DNA of 62,733 nt from positions 1 through 62,733 of IMG/VR virus record IMGVR_UViG_3300023115_000020, one strand, 5' to 3'. Source of the stretch: a virus. Lineage: Duplodnaviria > Caudoviricetes. The notes under the pieces are model-generated. The model worked only from the letters and a program-made list of their open reading frames with translations. It was not told the DNA's origin and did not search any database. Below, piece by piece: positions 47,901 through 55,717 of the stretch (positions are counted from its first letter, which is position 1; each line of letters opens with the position of its first letter). The position numbers and the translations under genes were made by a program.

Positions 47901-50900
47901 TAATAGTTAGTCCAGCTTGTACAACACCATTTAAACTAAATGGGTCTGTATTTACAAACTGTCCACTTGCTGGGAAGTTTGCACCTGCTGGGTTATAGCC
48001 GTCAAAATATGTTACAGGTACTGATGTAGCATTAACAACATCTTCTAGTATTGTTGCTTTTTTATTTGTGTTACTATTAATAAATGTAATAGTTCTGTCA
48101 ACAATATTTACATTAGCATCTGCACTTTGAAGATTTGTGTCAATATCTGCTTTGGCATCTCTATATGCTTGTGGAATGTTTGTTCCATTTAAACTAGCTG
48201 ATGGCAATGTTGCTGCTGCTGGCACAGTTTGTGTAGCAATAGCATTTTGTATAATATTAAGAAGTGTTTGTGCTTCAGACTCTTCAGTTACTGATGCATT
48301 TGCACCACTGGTTACCTGATCATTGATACCGTCTGAGTTATCATTACCTGTTGCGCCAGTTAAAGTTACGCCAGTAAGTACTTCGCCTACAATGTTTTTG
48401 AAGTGTGTTATTGCAGTTTGGATAACAGTTGCAAATGTAGCATTAATATTTAAAGATGTATCTGTAAAATACAATCTTGCTAAAGTTGTTGAAGCATCAT
48501 TACCGCCATAAAGTATATCATATGTTAATGCATCTATCCAACGATAAATGTGTACACCTAAAAGATTTTCAACTGTTTGATTATATCCTGCTGGTGGAGA
48601 TGTATCATTTTCAACGTGTGCTAATATATCATCTCTTAAAAATGGTTTGTTGTTTTGTAATTTGTCACGTGCAGCAACTTTATTAGAATCAACGCCAGTC
48701 CAATCCGGAAATACAATAGTTTCTGTTACATCAGCAATGTATCCAGGTAAAGGAATACCGTTACCGTCTAAACTACCTACAGTGTTTGTATCTACATTAC
48801 CATTTTCAATAATATCTAAAACAGTTTCAAAGTATTCCGTTGCTCGTTCAACCATTGTAGAGTTGTCTGCTACGTCATCTAATAATTTTACTAAGTTACC
48901 TGCAAATCCAACTGCTGCAAGTTCTTGTGCTAATTGACTATTTTGTACAACGGCACCACTTGGATACTGATATGCAAGACCGTTTATAACTTGATTATAG
49001 TTTGTTCCTAGCACTAAGTCAAACCCAGCACCAGTAAGAATATATTCTAAGTCTCTTTCACATTTGGCTTGATCATATGTAAAAGTACTTGTTTGTGTAA
49101 TTACATCGCCTTTGTATGCAGTTAGTGTTCCACCTGTAATTGTTAGTACTGCTTCATCTTGGAAAGTAACAGTATTATTGTGAAGTGTTAGTCCATCAAA
49201 GTATTTGTCGCGATAGAAATAAGTGTTTGCCCATTTAGATTGTGATACACGATTCTTTGGACGTATAATTGCACGTCTCATCTCGTCGCCAACAATAGAT
49301 ACCTGAGACGAAACTTTAATTGGATAATCTTCTTCGTAGATTCCTGATTCAACCATAATGGTAATTTGTTTAGTACTAACTCTGTTACCAAATTCTAAAG
49401 TATCACCTAATGCATCTGCAACTTCAACTCCTTGAATATCACGTCCTGCACCTTCTACTAAAAACTCAAATGGTTCTTCTAATATAAGTTCTAGCTCGTC
49501 TACATTATTAGCATTGTTAATATCGTTGCTGTAACTAACAATACGACCAATAGCACCACTTCTTGTACCAACTACAACTTTTCCTGGAATTAAATCAATG
49601 TTTCCGCTTTGTCCTTGCCATACAGCATCTGCACTACCGTTATCAAATTGAATAACATACGGAGCACCTTCGCGTAATGTAGGAGCACCGTCAAGACCAT
49701 CTCTAATAATACTAGTAACAACATTGAACTTTGCTTCAAACACATCTATTGCTGCACTTGGTGCATTAGCTGCTGCACTTGGTGCAGCCGGATCAAAGTA
49801 CTGAACGTAGTCAACGTTTCTTACAGTTGGCCAAGTAGTATTAACAAGTATATAATCTCTAAGTAATTCTAGTGCAAAGTTAATAATAGCAACAGTTTGT
49901 TCTTCTTGTGTTGTAACAGCAAGTCTACCGCTAGAGTTACTGTAGTATCTTAAACCTGCATTTCTTGATAGTTTGTTAGCAGTAGGACTAGACTGTGTAT
50001 CTAGTTTTGCTGCATCAATAATATAGCCTAAGTCTCTAGCACATATTGCTTCATTGTATGCAAAGTTTTTCCAAATATAGTCTGGATCAGCTTCTGTAAG
50101 TGTTAGATCTGCTGTAGCAGTTTCAATTTTATAAGAAGCATAAGCGATAGCTTCTGCAATAACAAAGTCTTTGTTTTGTACAATAAGTGATTGTAATTTT
50201 TCTGTACTTGCACCGTAATCTGCTCTTTCGCCTTGTTTAAATTCTGCTGAACGAACTTTTGAAGGTGTTAAGTTTTGTGCATCAGTACCGTATTCGATTA
50301 CCTGCATGTATGGACCAGGTTCAACTGGACTTGCTTCTACAATTTCTTCTGCTCTACGTGCCGCCGCATTAACAGTACGATATGCATATGCTAGTGAACG
50401 ACCTTCTTTACCTGGAGGTGTACTTGCTTGAGTATCGTCACCTGTTGTGCTAACAAACAAGTTAATGTTAGATGCAAAACTTGTATTGTCTACATAGAAT
50501 TTTGTAGCAGCCTGTAAATCTTCAATGCCGTTCGGAGTACCTATGCCTGCAAGTTCGCCTGGATGATCTTCTAGATACAAAGTACCTTCCATTTGATCGC
50601 CTTGTCTGCGAACAGCACTTTGGCGTGGTATTGCTTCATTAGCAAGATAATCGCCAGTTAAATCATTTGGTTGATAATAATAATCTGTTAGTGTTTGTGT
50701 TCCGTTGCCGCCTGCAACATTTATTCTGTTAACTCCTGCTTCCGCATCAGCCTTAGAAGAATATAAACCTAATTGGGTATCATTAATAACTCTGATATAA
50801 AATAATGACTCAGGAAATTCTGCAACATCATTTAGATCTGCTTGTGTTGCTTGGTCAACTGCACTTGTTCCTGTAGTAGCATATACAAATGATGCACCAT

Positions 50901-51615
50901 TAGCAGAACTGTCTAATCCATGTCCTTCTCCACTAATTAATACTCCGTTAACATATCTATCATTAATAACAGCATTACCTGCATTGTATCCTGCAACAGT
51001 ATATGAATAATCTTCTGTAAAGATTTCATCTTCTGTGCGTACACGTAATTGAGATCCTGTTCCGCTACCAGAAGATTTTAAATAATTCTCGTCTGCATAA
51101 CCTTTTGTAATTAAAACATCTTCAAGTGTGTAACCGTCGTCTTCTGCTTTTTGTTTCCAAGTTGCTGATGGAGCAGGGTTGTAGGCAATATAGTTCCCTG
51201 CCATGTCTAGGTTTCCGCCTAGTGTTGGATTTCCGTCGCTCTTTAAATCACTTTTGTTATTTTTAATAACAATAACTGGCCTACCATCGTCGTCAACTCT
51301 GCTAACATCAAATATAATACTGTCATCTATGTTTGGATCAACAAAACTATCACTAACTAATCTAAAAAATTCTAATTGACTACCTTGTGTATCATTGTTA
51401 ATACCTGCTAGTACCGGAGCCGAGTCTGTACTTGGAAAGTTTTGAAAGGAATCAACTGCAATATCGCCTAAGTCTGTTAGTGATATCTGTCCACCTTCAC
51501 CAAATACAGCATATAGTTCGTTAAAGTTTTCGTTCGTTTTACGAAACGATTCTCTAATACTATCGCCAGTGCCGTCGTTACCTTCAACGCCAATATTAAT
51601 GTCTTGTTTTGCCAT
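38956..51615 (-). CDS. giant (4219 aa) virion structural / tail fibre protein
   Basis: gp9/gp10-like N-terminus INIGVEGNDGTGDSIRESFRK; AATKxYVD fibre motifs; G/T/S/N-rich; C-terminal ADLAEKY...GRVPCKV domain resembling intramolecular-chaperone modules. Confidence 0.8.
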   Translation of the reverse strand: MAKQDINIGVEGNDGTGDSIRESFRKTNENFNELYAVFGEGGQISLTDLGDIAVDSFQNFPSTDSAPVLAGINNDTQGSQLEFFRLVSDSFVDPNIDDSIIFDVSRVDDDGRPVIVIKNNKSDLKSDGNPTLGGNLDMAGNYIAYNPAPSATWKQKAEDDGYTLEDVLITKGYADENYLKSSGSGTGSQLRVRTEDEIFTEDYSYTVAGYNAGNAVINDRYVNGVLISGEGHGLDSSANGASFVYATTGTSAVDQATQADLNDVAEFPESLFYIRVINDTQLGLYSSKADAEAGVNRINVAGGNGTQTLTDYYYQPNDLTGDYLANEAIPRQSAVRRQGDQMEGTLYLEDHPGELAGIGTPNGIEDLQAATKFYVDNTSFASNINLFVSTTGDDTQASTPPGKEGRSLAYAYRTVNAAARRAEEIVEASPVEPGPYMQVIEYGTDAQNLTPSKVRSAEFKQGERADYGASTEKLQSLIVQNKDFVIAEAIAYASYKIETATADLTLTEADPDYIWKNFAYNEAICARDLGYIIDAAKLDTQSSPTANKLSRNAGLRYYSNSSGRLAVTTQEEQTVAIINFALELLRDYILVNTTWPTVRNVDYVQYFDPAAPSAAANAPSAAIDVFEAKFNVVTSIIRDGLDGAPTLREGAPYVIQFDNGSADAVWQGQSGNIDLIPGKVVVGTRSGAIGRIVSYSNDINNANNVDELELILEEPFEFLVEGAGRDIQGVEVADALGDTLEFGNRVSTKQITIMVESGIYEEDYPIKVSSQVSIVGDEMRRAIIRPKNRVSQSKWANTYFYRDKYFDGLTLHNNTVTFQDEAVLTITGGTLTAYKGDVITQTSTFTYDQAKCERDLEYILTGAGFDLVLGTNYNQVINGLAYQYPSGAVVQNSQLAQELAAVGFAGNLVKLLDDVADNSTMVERATEYFETVLDIIENGNVDTNTVGSLDGNGIPLPGYIADVTETIVFPDWTGVDSNKVAARDKLQNNKPFLRDDILAHVENDTSPPAGYNQTVENLLGVHIYRWIDALTYDILYGGNDASTTLARLYFTDTSLNINATFATVIQTAITHFKNIVGEVLTGVTLTGATGNDNSDGINDQVTSGANASVTEESEAQTLLNIIQNAIATQTVPAAATLPSASLNGTNIPQAYRDAKADIDTNLQSADANVNIVDRTITFINSNTNKKATILEDVVNATSVPVTYFDGYNPAGANFPASGQFVNTDPFSLNGVVQAGLTINSVNTVNTRDFDMGWHYAKDPTKPVNNNSLVSVTNRGGRENAAEILTQNKANIQEEIYDWMDIQATAAQTAGFGTWAQTTIVFTGTVAAVKGETMTQLGGDGASGIVKEDPVTAAGQTTVILVSPTRAFNTADTISGSVSGAHGAAGVPDSVSVGKFTFTTKCKRDIGYIVDALAYDLVKGRNDQSMEVQGKYYENAVEVGQEEITSQAINRIATVCADLLSIAGIQEPTGTVITTWKTNLPTAEAGAAGVVNDLISTIVYAFNAEYNPALNNKDMDVFLMNDATIIRNCTVQGHGGFMTVLDPAGQILTKSPYIQTGSSFAQSANKQAFRGGMFVDGFNGNMPIEIVGQKNGNAFRLFARSKRSQVTVNGVGVGHGLFVRRPELPAPFYVNGIRYQVNSIVNHDIDAGTCELILDANSGVTDSNGLVTGWQGPVLGSYYDSNGDKQYTYGQIENYPTVLQTAGNRSQLGNDFTQINDLGYGLLVTNTGLSEMVGMFTYYCHAAYYANNGSEIRSVGGSNAYGNFGLVAAGSDPNEVPQSGQLAYNTVQTAKVYVNPTIQASADANQNYVFVYDTDFTPIPEGEIDIIFTEKQEIDGFTAPNSINLIGHGWETGQKVTISDSVGVTGLNSDWYISVVDVNNFTLYSDEALSSAASLSGTLSTNGDIYPADEEGTDLRKFEVVNVVSAFIEEGIPAVNQIILTLDDYVIADYGDTITQENTGAVGTIVVPQKTKDSNGDVVGGTQVYISQPDGTTNFFNNSDRIKITNVYTGQDTTVYTDGVNVTATNSSGDTSGLPLEGGNGAVWKISFSNQTSDVSGSTTTGGLIYPLYGGETVVIRQRAKLIFDNIDPNTSIRPSTAVVLDESSKVYRSLDFSKQNITDWGGINDNDLPSGWNLVTFDDNYKYILSTVDYSKFETQVKLVLDAQVSVTKGDVITQGSASAVAIESLTNTTTLWLKDWNGTAFTTSGVITIAGSASAATPSEVVGISSSTTFGSTAGDTLVAITAPVTDSDTLSRLNNADMIFGWKDRVHVVKAYHDGEGNYQGVPAGSSLLTGFPYYELESTPLSDKNSQSSPTPPTSGIARPLRLGGQNQQLVLSIGVQDGEPSSITVNISLTRATGHDFSNIGTGGFNTSNYPNILFGEATEAKAEAYTNADTAEKSQVWEKGKGRVFVMSTDEDGFFRVGKFFEVDQGTGTVKFAAQINISGLDGLGFRDGETISKFTGDNGMSPIDNSTVPTSYAVEQYIDRRLGYDRNMNVKLAKLGDGFLPQLNPILTPDIVAGLPVHTMNMQGGRLIQLGDPSDDLDATNKQYVDKRVFANDEVQELRDIELNQIDFASEYGKNDIVVLTGNRRVYVKQNTGNPDDWRIGQLITGVTSATAAYIEDLEAKVLDNDEQVFVLVYSPLKITTITTNGANNNLPTQRGYILRQASGAYGEVIWPQGSSTTNDNRQKTQDNEIQVINRNPNKQFVVGEALIVEDLFGNLTTSTVSPLSANDLSVSDFSNEKIENSGGDWSNTTGGFDGAPVTTTLEFANASEANKTEDGDPGTASRSDINISVERKRATQAQNDVDIIFPGETKINLQLQDEAVVNSDVNTYADISQNKLKLNTAPVLTNSNYFEKTTVTLQLQDNVPVTAGTIITQQGNTNAVGTAVVGLAALANTIQGYNILVLEDVTGTFLPESEGGQQLQIQGGALLGNNSVPEYVRTTGQRTRQASQGVVAFDGSTFAEDQIWTLAGSNHTTFMSSLQAGDIITQSNGARVAYVIANNTNSGDGVTDQIKVRTASSFSIGSSSANYLTRIAVNADYTKDTQSQSTTYITGILNTGYINVKDRGITFDKLQEIPERTVIGRADIDFDGNQEGAGEIGITRAIPFSMIVDEGGGIQDNDFNDSNLVKLSGTVLTLTGEVTIDASTSPIITQVGNTAAEGTLQGDVNSENQIVLVNVSGTAFNTIGMLQIKNGSSLGPASVPTSIITSQNLIGKALVKVRDKVYGTTDITKTGANDSLVRTLATGDVVGNINNQLNLGGWINIKGLIIDSTRALDVVNSKLTLYTPNDHLIMELSGTAPSNATDKSTVAIPSASVQIGSTTVLKDDVNYGGYASNFQQNTEGPQIANSQPYLVSPWIYSNFIQAPGELTSLGTGVSIGAGGWATDAKEIALVVNGYGSALKVEQNNIKLGTNGVNRMHIANGSTSITNTFNVSSGGSVPDGGTAVFTVAGNNGNTTIAGTLTVNGTNLTTTKLTVDNSVLDDNKISRAGGDFEIETTTSGNIILDAAGENIKFNDGTDERMGFALTEDAQELTTQGAFTIDVGGTEKNFTAEASGGIGLTAEKGAVSISATHTTAASGTVSLSASGDITLDAEGDIILDANDADITFKDDGTDFLKFTNTTSGADIYHTEQDKVLRIRGNDDGTEFTALSFNMSDAGTATFNHDVTVQGDLFVNGNIDLGDNVSFDTLKINSVISNDSLTIKARTDASAPSLILQRFDTDVDSLDTDNMGVIQFRGVNAAEETDQILTNIVSNTTNATNGGERSELVIQTAHNNGAVQNRLTISNTITSYSNFEPNGTLNIGASSNYWDKAYITTNYGTHQGDIKDSSGNIIVDVGTVQAGSDANATVFYGKFNGPLTGGVDEAVIANTLRTSQMNTAGQTDGLLDSDIFVTFTTVNNAYGDRSGADGNEKLFTDAALTYNPTSNILKVGTGTSIADGGISTTKFTGNLQGDIVSGTTTILDLDGTGGTTGYLYGRVSSIGNHDTDDLSEGSSNLYHTTARARAAFSSGTGISISNGEISINSADVTAETASNLAVTDTTTSGTFFPLFSDGTGTSNEVFANSASYTYNPGTTTLSVPYLSGNASTANYADLAEKYVADEAYEPGTVLVFGGDEEVTACTVKGDRRVAGVVSTNPGFLMNKGLEGDTAVELALTGRVPCKVIGKVQKGDMLVTSAIPGYAIVDNDPKLGTVIGKAVGTKDSEDRGVVEVVVGRL

Positions 51616-51616
51616 T

Positions 51617-51985
51617 TTATGTGAGCTCCGTTATCTTAGCATTTTGTTCGACTTTATCTAAGTCAAAGTTTACACTTACTCCACAACCACAACTGCTTTG
51701 AGCATTTGGATTGTTAATTACAAATTGTGTTTGGAATACATCTGTTACATAGTCAATTTCGCAACCAAATAAGTACATTAAACTAGTTGCATCTATTACT
51801 AAATTGCCATTGCCACAGTTAATAATTTCATCGTTTACACCAACATCTTCTTTTTGAATCATAGTCCATTCGTATTCAAAACCAGCACAACCACCACCTT
51901 TCATACCTAAATGAACTCCAAATGCATCTTTGCATAATTCGTTAATTTTACTTTTAGCAGTAGGTGTTAGGTTAATAGCAAACAA
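51617..51985 (-). CDS. Fe-S assembly A-type carrier (IscA/HesB)
   Basis: GGGCAGFEY and NPNAQSSCGCGVS. Confidence 0.92.
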   Translation of the reverse strand: MFAINLTPTAKSKINELCKDAFGVHLGMKGGGCAGFEYEWTMIQKEDVGVNDEIINCGNGNLVIDATSLMYLFGCEIDYVTDVFQTQFVINNPNAQSSCGCGVSVNFDLDKVEQNAKITELT

Positions 51986-52045
51986 TGTGTACTCCTTGTC
52001 GTAGTATTTATTTCTTTATTTTATAATCTTAATGTAAATACTTAT

Positions 52046-52333
52046 ATGTTCATTCGAGAATACAAGCTAAAGAAGATGTACGAACGTCCAAGTAAATGCG
52101 GCAAACTGCATACATATTACAGAGATGTTACTATGATTGTAATGCGTTGTGATAATTGTAATGCTGAATTTGAGCGTTCAAGAGGAAGTATGGATCCTAA
52201 ACGTATATCAAACAACTATTTTCATGTGTGTAGTAATTGTGATAGCAAGAAATTTGCACAAAAAACAGGCATAACCCGTAAAAAGATATGGGATATGCCT
52301 GCTAGTTCTGATTTAGATATTAGTAAACTTTAG
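52046..52333 (+). CDS. small zinc-ribbon-like protein
   Basis: CDNC and CSNC pairs; preceded by GTAAATA. Confidence 0.7.
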   Translation: MFIREYKLKKMYERPSKCGKLHTYYRDVTMIVMRCDNCNAEFERSRGSMDPKRISNNYFHVCSNCDSKKFAQKTGITRKKIWDMPASSDLDISKL

Positions 52334-52494
52334 TCTTCTTTTTTCCAAAGTGTCCATGCACCGTATGCAATAGCACCGTATGCAACTAGACTAGCAATTG
52401 GTTTAAAAATAAGGAATGCAATACCTGCACCGATCAATACTGCACCGTCTAATGAAGTACGCTCTCCTAGTCTTTCTATAATCCATTTTTTCAT
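52330..52494 (-). CDS. small membrane protein (54 aa)
   Basis: Manual translation MKKWIIERLGERTSLDGAVLIGAGIAFLIFKPIASLVAYGAIAYGAWTLWKKED; AGGAG RBS. Confidence 0.7.
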   Translation of the reverse strand: MKKWIIERLGERTSLDGAVLIGAGIAFLIFKPIASLVAYGAIAYGAWTLWKKED

Positions 52495-52506
52495 AATATT
52501 CTCCTA

Positions 52507-52698
52507 TTATTTTTTATAACCGTCAGCTGTAATATTGGCTTGGGCTTTCATTGATTTCAAACTTAGGGCTTCAAATCTTACAGGCTTTTTTACAGGAGCA
52601 TCGATAAATTTATTACCATTGTCTACTCTCACGCCTACCACTCTATCGAGTGTTAATGAACCTTTATTAAAAACTGGTGAAACTTTTCTTTGTGCCAT
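52507..52698 (-). CDS. hypothetical protein
   Basis: 63 aa, AGGAG RBS, upstream ATAAATA. Confidence 0.65.
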   Translation of the reverse strand: MAQRKVSPVFNKGSLTLDRVVGVRVDNGNKFIDAPVKKPVRFEALSLKSMKAQANITADGYKK

Positions 52699-52755
52699 TT
52701 TTGTATCTCCTGTTAAACTATTTATGTAAATAATTGTTCCTATAGGAGGAAAATT

Positions 52756-53022
52756 ATGTTTAATTGGTTAAAGAAAATTTTAGGAATTGGACCTTCAGTG
52801 CCAGCAGCTATAGAAGCAGCTATACCGGAACCAGAAGAGAAACCTGCTCCTAAAGCAGTAAAGAAAACAACCACAAAAAAGCCAGCAACAAAAAAGTCTG
52901 GCAAAGCAGACCTAAGCGGTATGTCAAAGAATGAATTACTTGCTCATGCTAAGGCAAACGGTGTAAAAGCTAATGCTAGTATGAATAAGGCTGCTATTTT
53001 AAAAGCAATTAAGAACGGCTAA
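52756..53022 (+). CDS. Lys/Ala-rich protein with Rho-N/HeH-like C-terminus
   Basis: LSGMSKNELLAHAKANGV...MNKAAILKAI; AGGAGG RBS. Confidence 0.65.
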   Translation: MFNWLKKILGIGPSVPAAIEAAIPEPEEKPAPKAVKKTTTKKPATKKSGKADLSGMSKNELLAHAKANGVKANASMNKAAILKAIKNG

Positions 53023-53293
53023 GTTTAGCACTTAACTGATCAATTGCAGTTTCACAGCGAGTGAGCTTGCGTTCTAAAACGTTTATAGCTGCTCGCTGTT
53101 TTCTTGACTGTTCTTCTAAAGAACGAACATATGCTAAGGTTGGAAGTTCTTGCTGAGCACCGTCTTCGCCAAGCATAACAATCGTATCTACACCCTGTGC
53201 TTTTAATCCGCCAGTAATTCTATTTGGATTTTTATCAGTAGAGGGCGCAGTGTTCTTGGATTGACGACCGTACATCTTGTTCAAATAGCTCAT
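53009..53293 (-). CDS. hypothetical coiled-coil protein
   Basis: Start placed at MSYLNK behind an AAGGA RBS. Confidence 0.6.
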   Translation of the reverse strand: MSYLNKMYGRQSKNTAPSTDKNPNRITGGLKAQGVDTIVMLGEDGAQQELPTLAYVRSLEEQSRKQRAAINVLERKLTRCETAIDQLSAKLSRS

Positions 53294-54320
53294 AATCTTC
53301 CTTTGCTTTCTTATATTTATACAAGTCAATGCTTGCTAAATTCTTACACTTAGACTCTACCATAATGTCTGCATAGTCGTTAAACTCTAATGCCCAGTCA
53401 TTAACAGCATTGTTCCACATCATATCAGAGTGGGCACGTAGTTTTTGTTTCTTAAAGCCATTCATAAGCAAGAACTCCATGTCAGGTAGTTCGTTGTCAG
53501 GCCATTCTGCAAGTAAATCTTCTTTGCTTACGCTGTAATGTATAACAGGACGCACACCACGCCATGATTCAATTACACGATCAAATCTACGGTCGGTTGG
53601 TAGAATGTATTCTCCTGTACGCACCCAGTGATGGTGTATGTCAAGAACGAGGGCAACGTGCTTTTCAAGTTCGAGGCTTGCGTCGAGTCCCCACGACATT
53701 TCGTCGTTTTCGATCGTGATGGTGTTTCTTGCTTCGGGCGATAGTCTTGGTAGGACGTCGATGATGCCTTGTGGACCTTTTCGACCCGATATGTGTACAT
53801 TGCATTTAAAGTCTTGAAATGTCTGTCCGTATCCCATCCAGCGTATGACATCCACATGATACTCAAACTCCTCTATACTTCTATTTACTATATCATCACT
53901 GTCACTTGCCAAGACAGTAAACTGCCCAGGATGCATACTAAGCCGGACGCCATTACTTTTGGCGAGGGTTCCGACCCGTGCCAAATGCTTTTCACAATAT
54001 GCGACCACATCAGGACGTTTCCAAAAATAGCACCAATCAGGCTGAGTGTATACAGGGAGGACATCAGAGCCCAGTCGAACCATTCGTAACTCATTAGGTA
54101 AATCTCCTACATATTCAATAAGGTTGTAAAACGACTGAATATTATGTACCATGATGTCCCACAGTCGTTGTTCTGCAACATCACGAGTTTGTCTATTGAG
54201 CCAAGCAACTGTAGTTGACTTGGTATTCAACGGACGTTGAATTTCCTCTAATAATTTTTTCTTTTGCTTTTGATCTGGATGCATGTACTTACATGCAAAG
54301 CCTATGCGTTTAGTAGTCAT
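53235..54320 (-). CDS. uvsE: UV damage endonuclease (UvsE/UVDE)
   Basis: IGFAC, RLGSD, SMHPGQF, IENDE, LDIHHH, HYS, AHSD, MVESK. Confidence 0.92.
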   Translation of the reverse strand: MTTKRIGFACKYMHPDQKQKKKLLEEIQRPLNTKSTTVAWLNRQTRDVAEQRLWDIMVHNIQSFYNLIEYVGDLPNELRMVRLGSDVLPVYTQPDWCYFWKRPDVVAYCEKHLARVGTLAKSNGVRLSMHPGQFTVLASDSDDIVNRSIEEFEYHVDVIRWMGYGQTFQDFKCNVHISGRKGPQGIIDVLPRLSPEARNTITIENDEMSWGLDASLELEKHVALVLDIHHHWVRTGEYILPTDRRFDRVIESWRGVRPVIHYSVSKEDLLAEWPDNELPDMEFLLMNGFKKQKLRAHSDMMWNNAVNDWALEFNDYADIMVESKCKNLASIDLYKYKKAKEDYELFEQDVRSSIQEHCALY

Positions 54321-54352
54321 ATGTTAGCCTAATATCTGTTAATTTAATATTC

Positions 54353-54381
54353 ATTATACTATCTTTATTTCCAGTTGTCAA
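54353..54381 (-). promoter_or_regulatory. sigma70-type promoter (perfect consensus)
   Basis: TTGACA-17nt-TATAAT upstream of uvsE. Confidence 0.85.
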
Positions 54382-55246
54382 TAACCCATTTGTCCTCTAC
54401 TAATGCTGGATTTGGATCTCCGTGAAAAACACAAACACAACATTCTACCCTTGGTTTGGCATCATTTTCTACTATCTCAAACTTACGATTTCCACGCATA
54501 GTACCGGGCTTAAATGTTCTAGATTTTCTTACTTCCCATTTCCAACTTTGTATCCAACTATCTGGATACATCATTGCTTGTGTTCCTCGTGTTGCTTCAA
54601 ACAACCAATCTTGATCACCGTGTAATCTTTTTTGTATGTTTATTTTATCTTTGTCAAATCCTGTCCATACATGGTCTAACTGTCCTACATTAAATCTAAC
54701 AACACTTGAATTGTACCTATTCCATTTAGGACGCATCACTCGGGTGAAATCTCTAATAGTACACCAATGCCCTGGACTATATGTAAAAAGTTTATCTATG
54801 TTTCCAGACAATACAACATCAAGATCCATATATAAAACTGTTCCTTTTAATGGCAAGTTTTTTGAGAACATATATGGTTTACACCACCATCCTTGCAATC
54901 CGCCTGGCAATGATATAATTTTAACATTTGGATTAATACCGGTTCTATCTTCGGTTAAACAAACAAACTCGTAGTCTATTGTACAGTTTCGTTCAACCAT
55001 GTTATAGAGTTTGTTTACATAATCTGCAGAATACTTTGTACCATGCTTTAAGCATAGCACATAGTATTTGTCTTTTATTAATGGATTGGCGTTATAGGGA
55101 ATATCGTACAAGCCAAGCTCTTGATCTAGTTTTGTTAGTTTTTCAAGAGCTTTGCGTTGTTTACGTTTTTCTTTAGTTTCGCCTTCATGATACTTCTTAA
55201 CCAAATCATGCCTCGTAGATAGCTGAGTTTGCTCCGTGTTCTGCAC
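54365..55246 (-). CDS. GT-A glycosyltransferase-like protein
   Basis: CLKHGTKYSADYV, WWCK, YMDLDVV (DxD), NSSV, GDQDW, FHGDP; true start may be near 55204. Confidence 0.75.
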   Translation of the reverse strand: MQNTEQTQLSTRHDLVKKYHEGETKEKRKQRKALEKLTKLDQELGLYDIPYNANPLIKDKYYVLCLKHGTKYSADYVNKLYNMVERNCTIDYEFVCLTEDRTGINPNVKIISLPGGLQGWWCKPYMFSKNLPLKGTVLYMDLDVVLSGNIDKLFTYSPGHWCTIRDFTRVMRPKWNRYNSSVVRFNVGQLDHVWTGFDKDKINIQKRLHGDQDWLFEATRGTQAMMYPDSWIQSWKWEVRKSRTFKPGTMRGNRKFEIVENDAKPRVECCVCVFHGDPNPALVEDKWVIDNWK

Positions 55247-55655
55247 ATTCTACTTTTACGCAATAACAGCGATTATCTGTTGCTTCGCGTATTAGTTTGT
55301 CTGCAAAATTAAATGCGTGTTCTGCAAATTTTTCTGCACCAACGCCATCGAAGATACGTAGTTCTGCTAAACCTAGTGCTTCTAGTTTTTGTAATTCTTC
55401 TAAAAAAGGATCTGCTTTATCTACTGCTACTTTATGATCAAATGAATCTTCTAACCAAGCCTTCAAAGGTTTTAGTCCTCCAAAGTCTACTGCCCAGTTT
55501 TTATTGTCTAAATGATCGCAACCAAAAGTAAATGTAAATGCTAAACTGTAACCGTGTAGCAGATGACAGTGTGAATGATCTGCGTTAGGTTGACGGAACA
55601 CTGCTGATAGTCCAATATTGTGTCCGTAATGTTTTGTTGAATAATGTTTTGCCAT
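55206..55655 (-). CDS. queD: 6-carboxytetrahydropterin synthase QueD
   Basis: CHLLHGY (CxxxHG), VDFGGLK, FDHK, GAEKFA, VECAEHGANSA. Confidence 0.88.
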   Translation of the reverse strand: MAKHYSTKHYGHNIGLSAVFRQPNADHSHCHLLHGYSLAFTFTFGCDHLDNKNWAVDFGGLKPLKAWLEDSFDHKVAVDKADPFLEELQKLEALGLAELRIFDGVGAEKFAEHAFNFADKLIREATDNRCYCVKVECAEHGANSAIYEA

Positions 55656-55717
55656 ATGTTTTCTCCTGTATATATGGCGGCAGAATTAGAAGGGTTGACG
55701 CCAAGTCCTATTTAATA

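Noticed and set aside
7873-48937. Many plus-strand ORFs of 60-200 aa antisense to polB, clpA and the structural genes
   Set aside because: Shadow frames from codon bias; no RBS and no recognisable motifs.
55656-55717. Canonical preQ1-I riboswitch upstream of queD
   Set aside because: Lacks the characteristic loop sequence and the A-rich 3' tail; kept only as an unclassified candidate.
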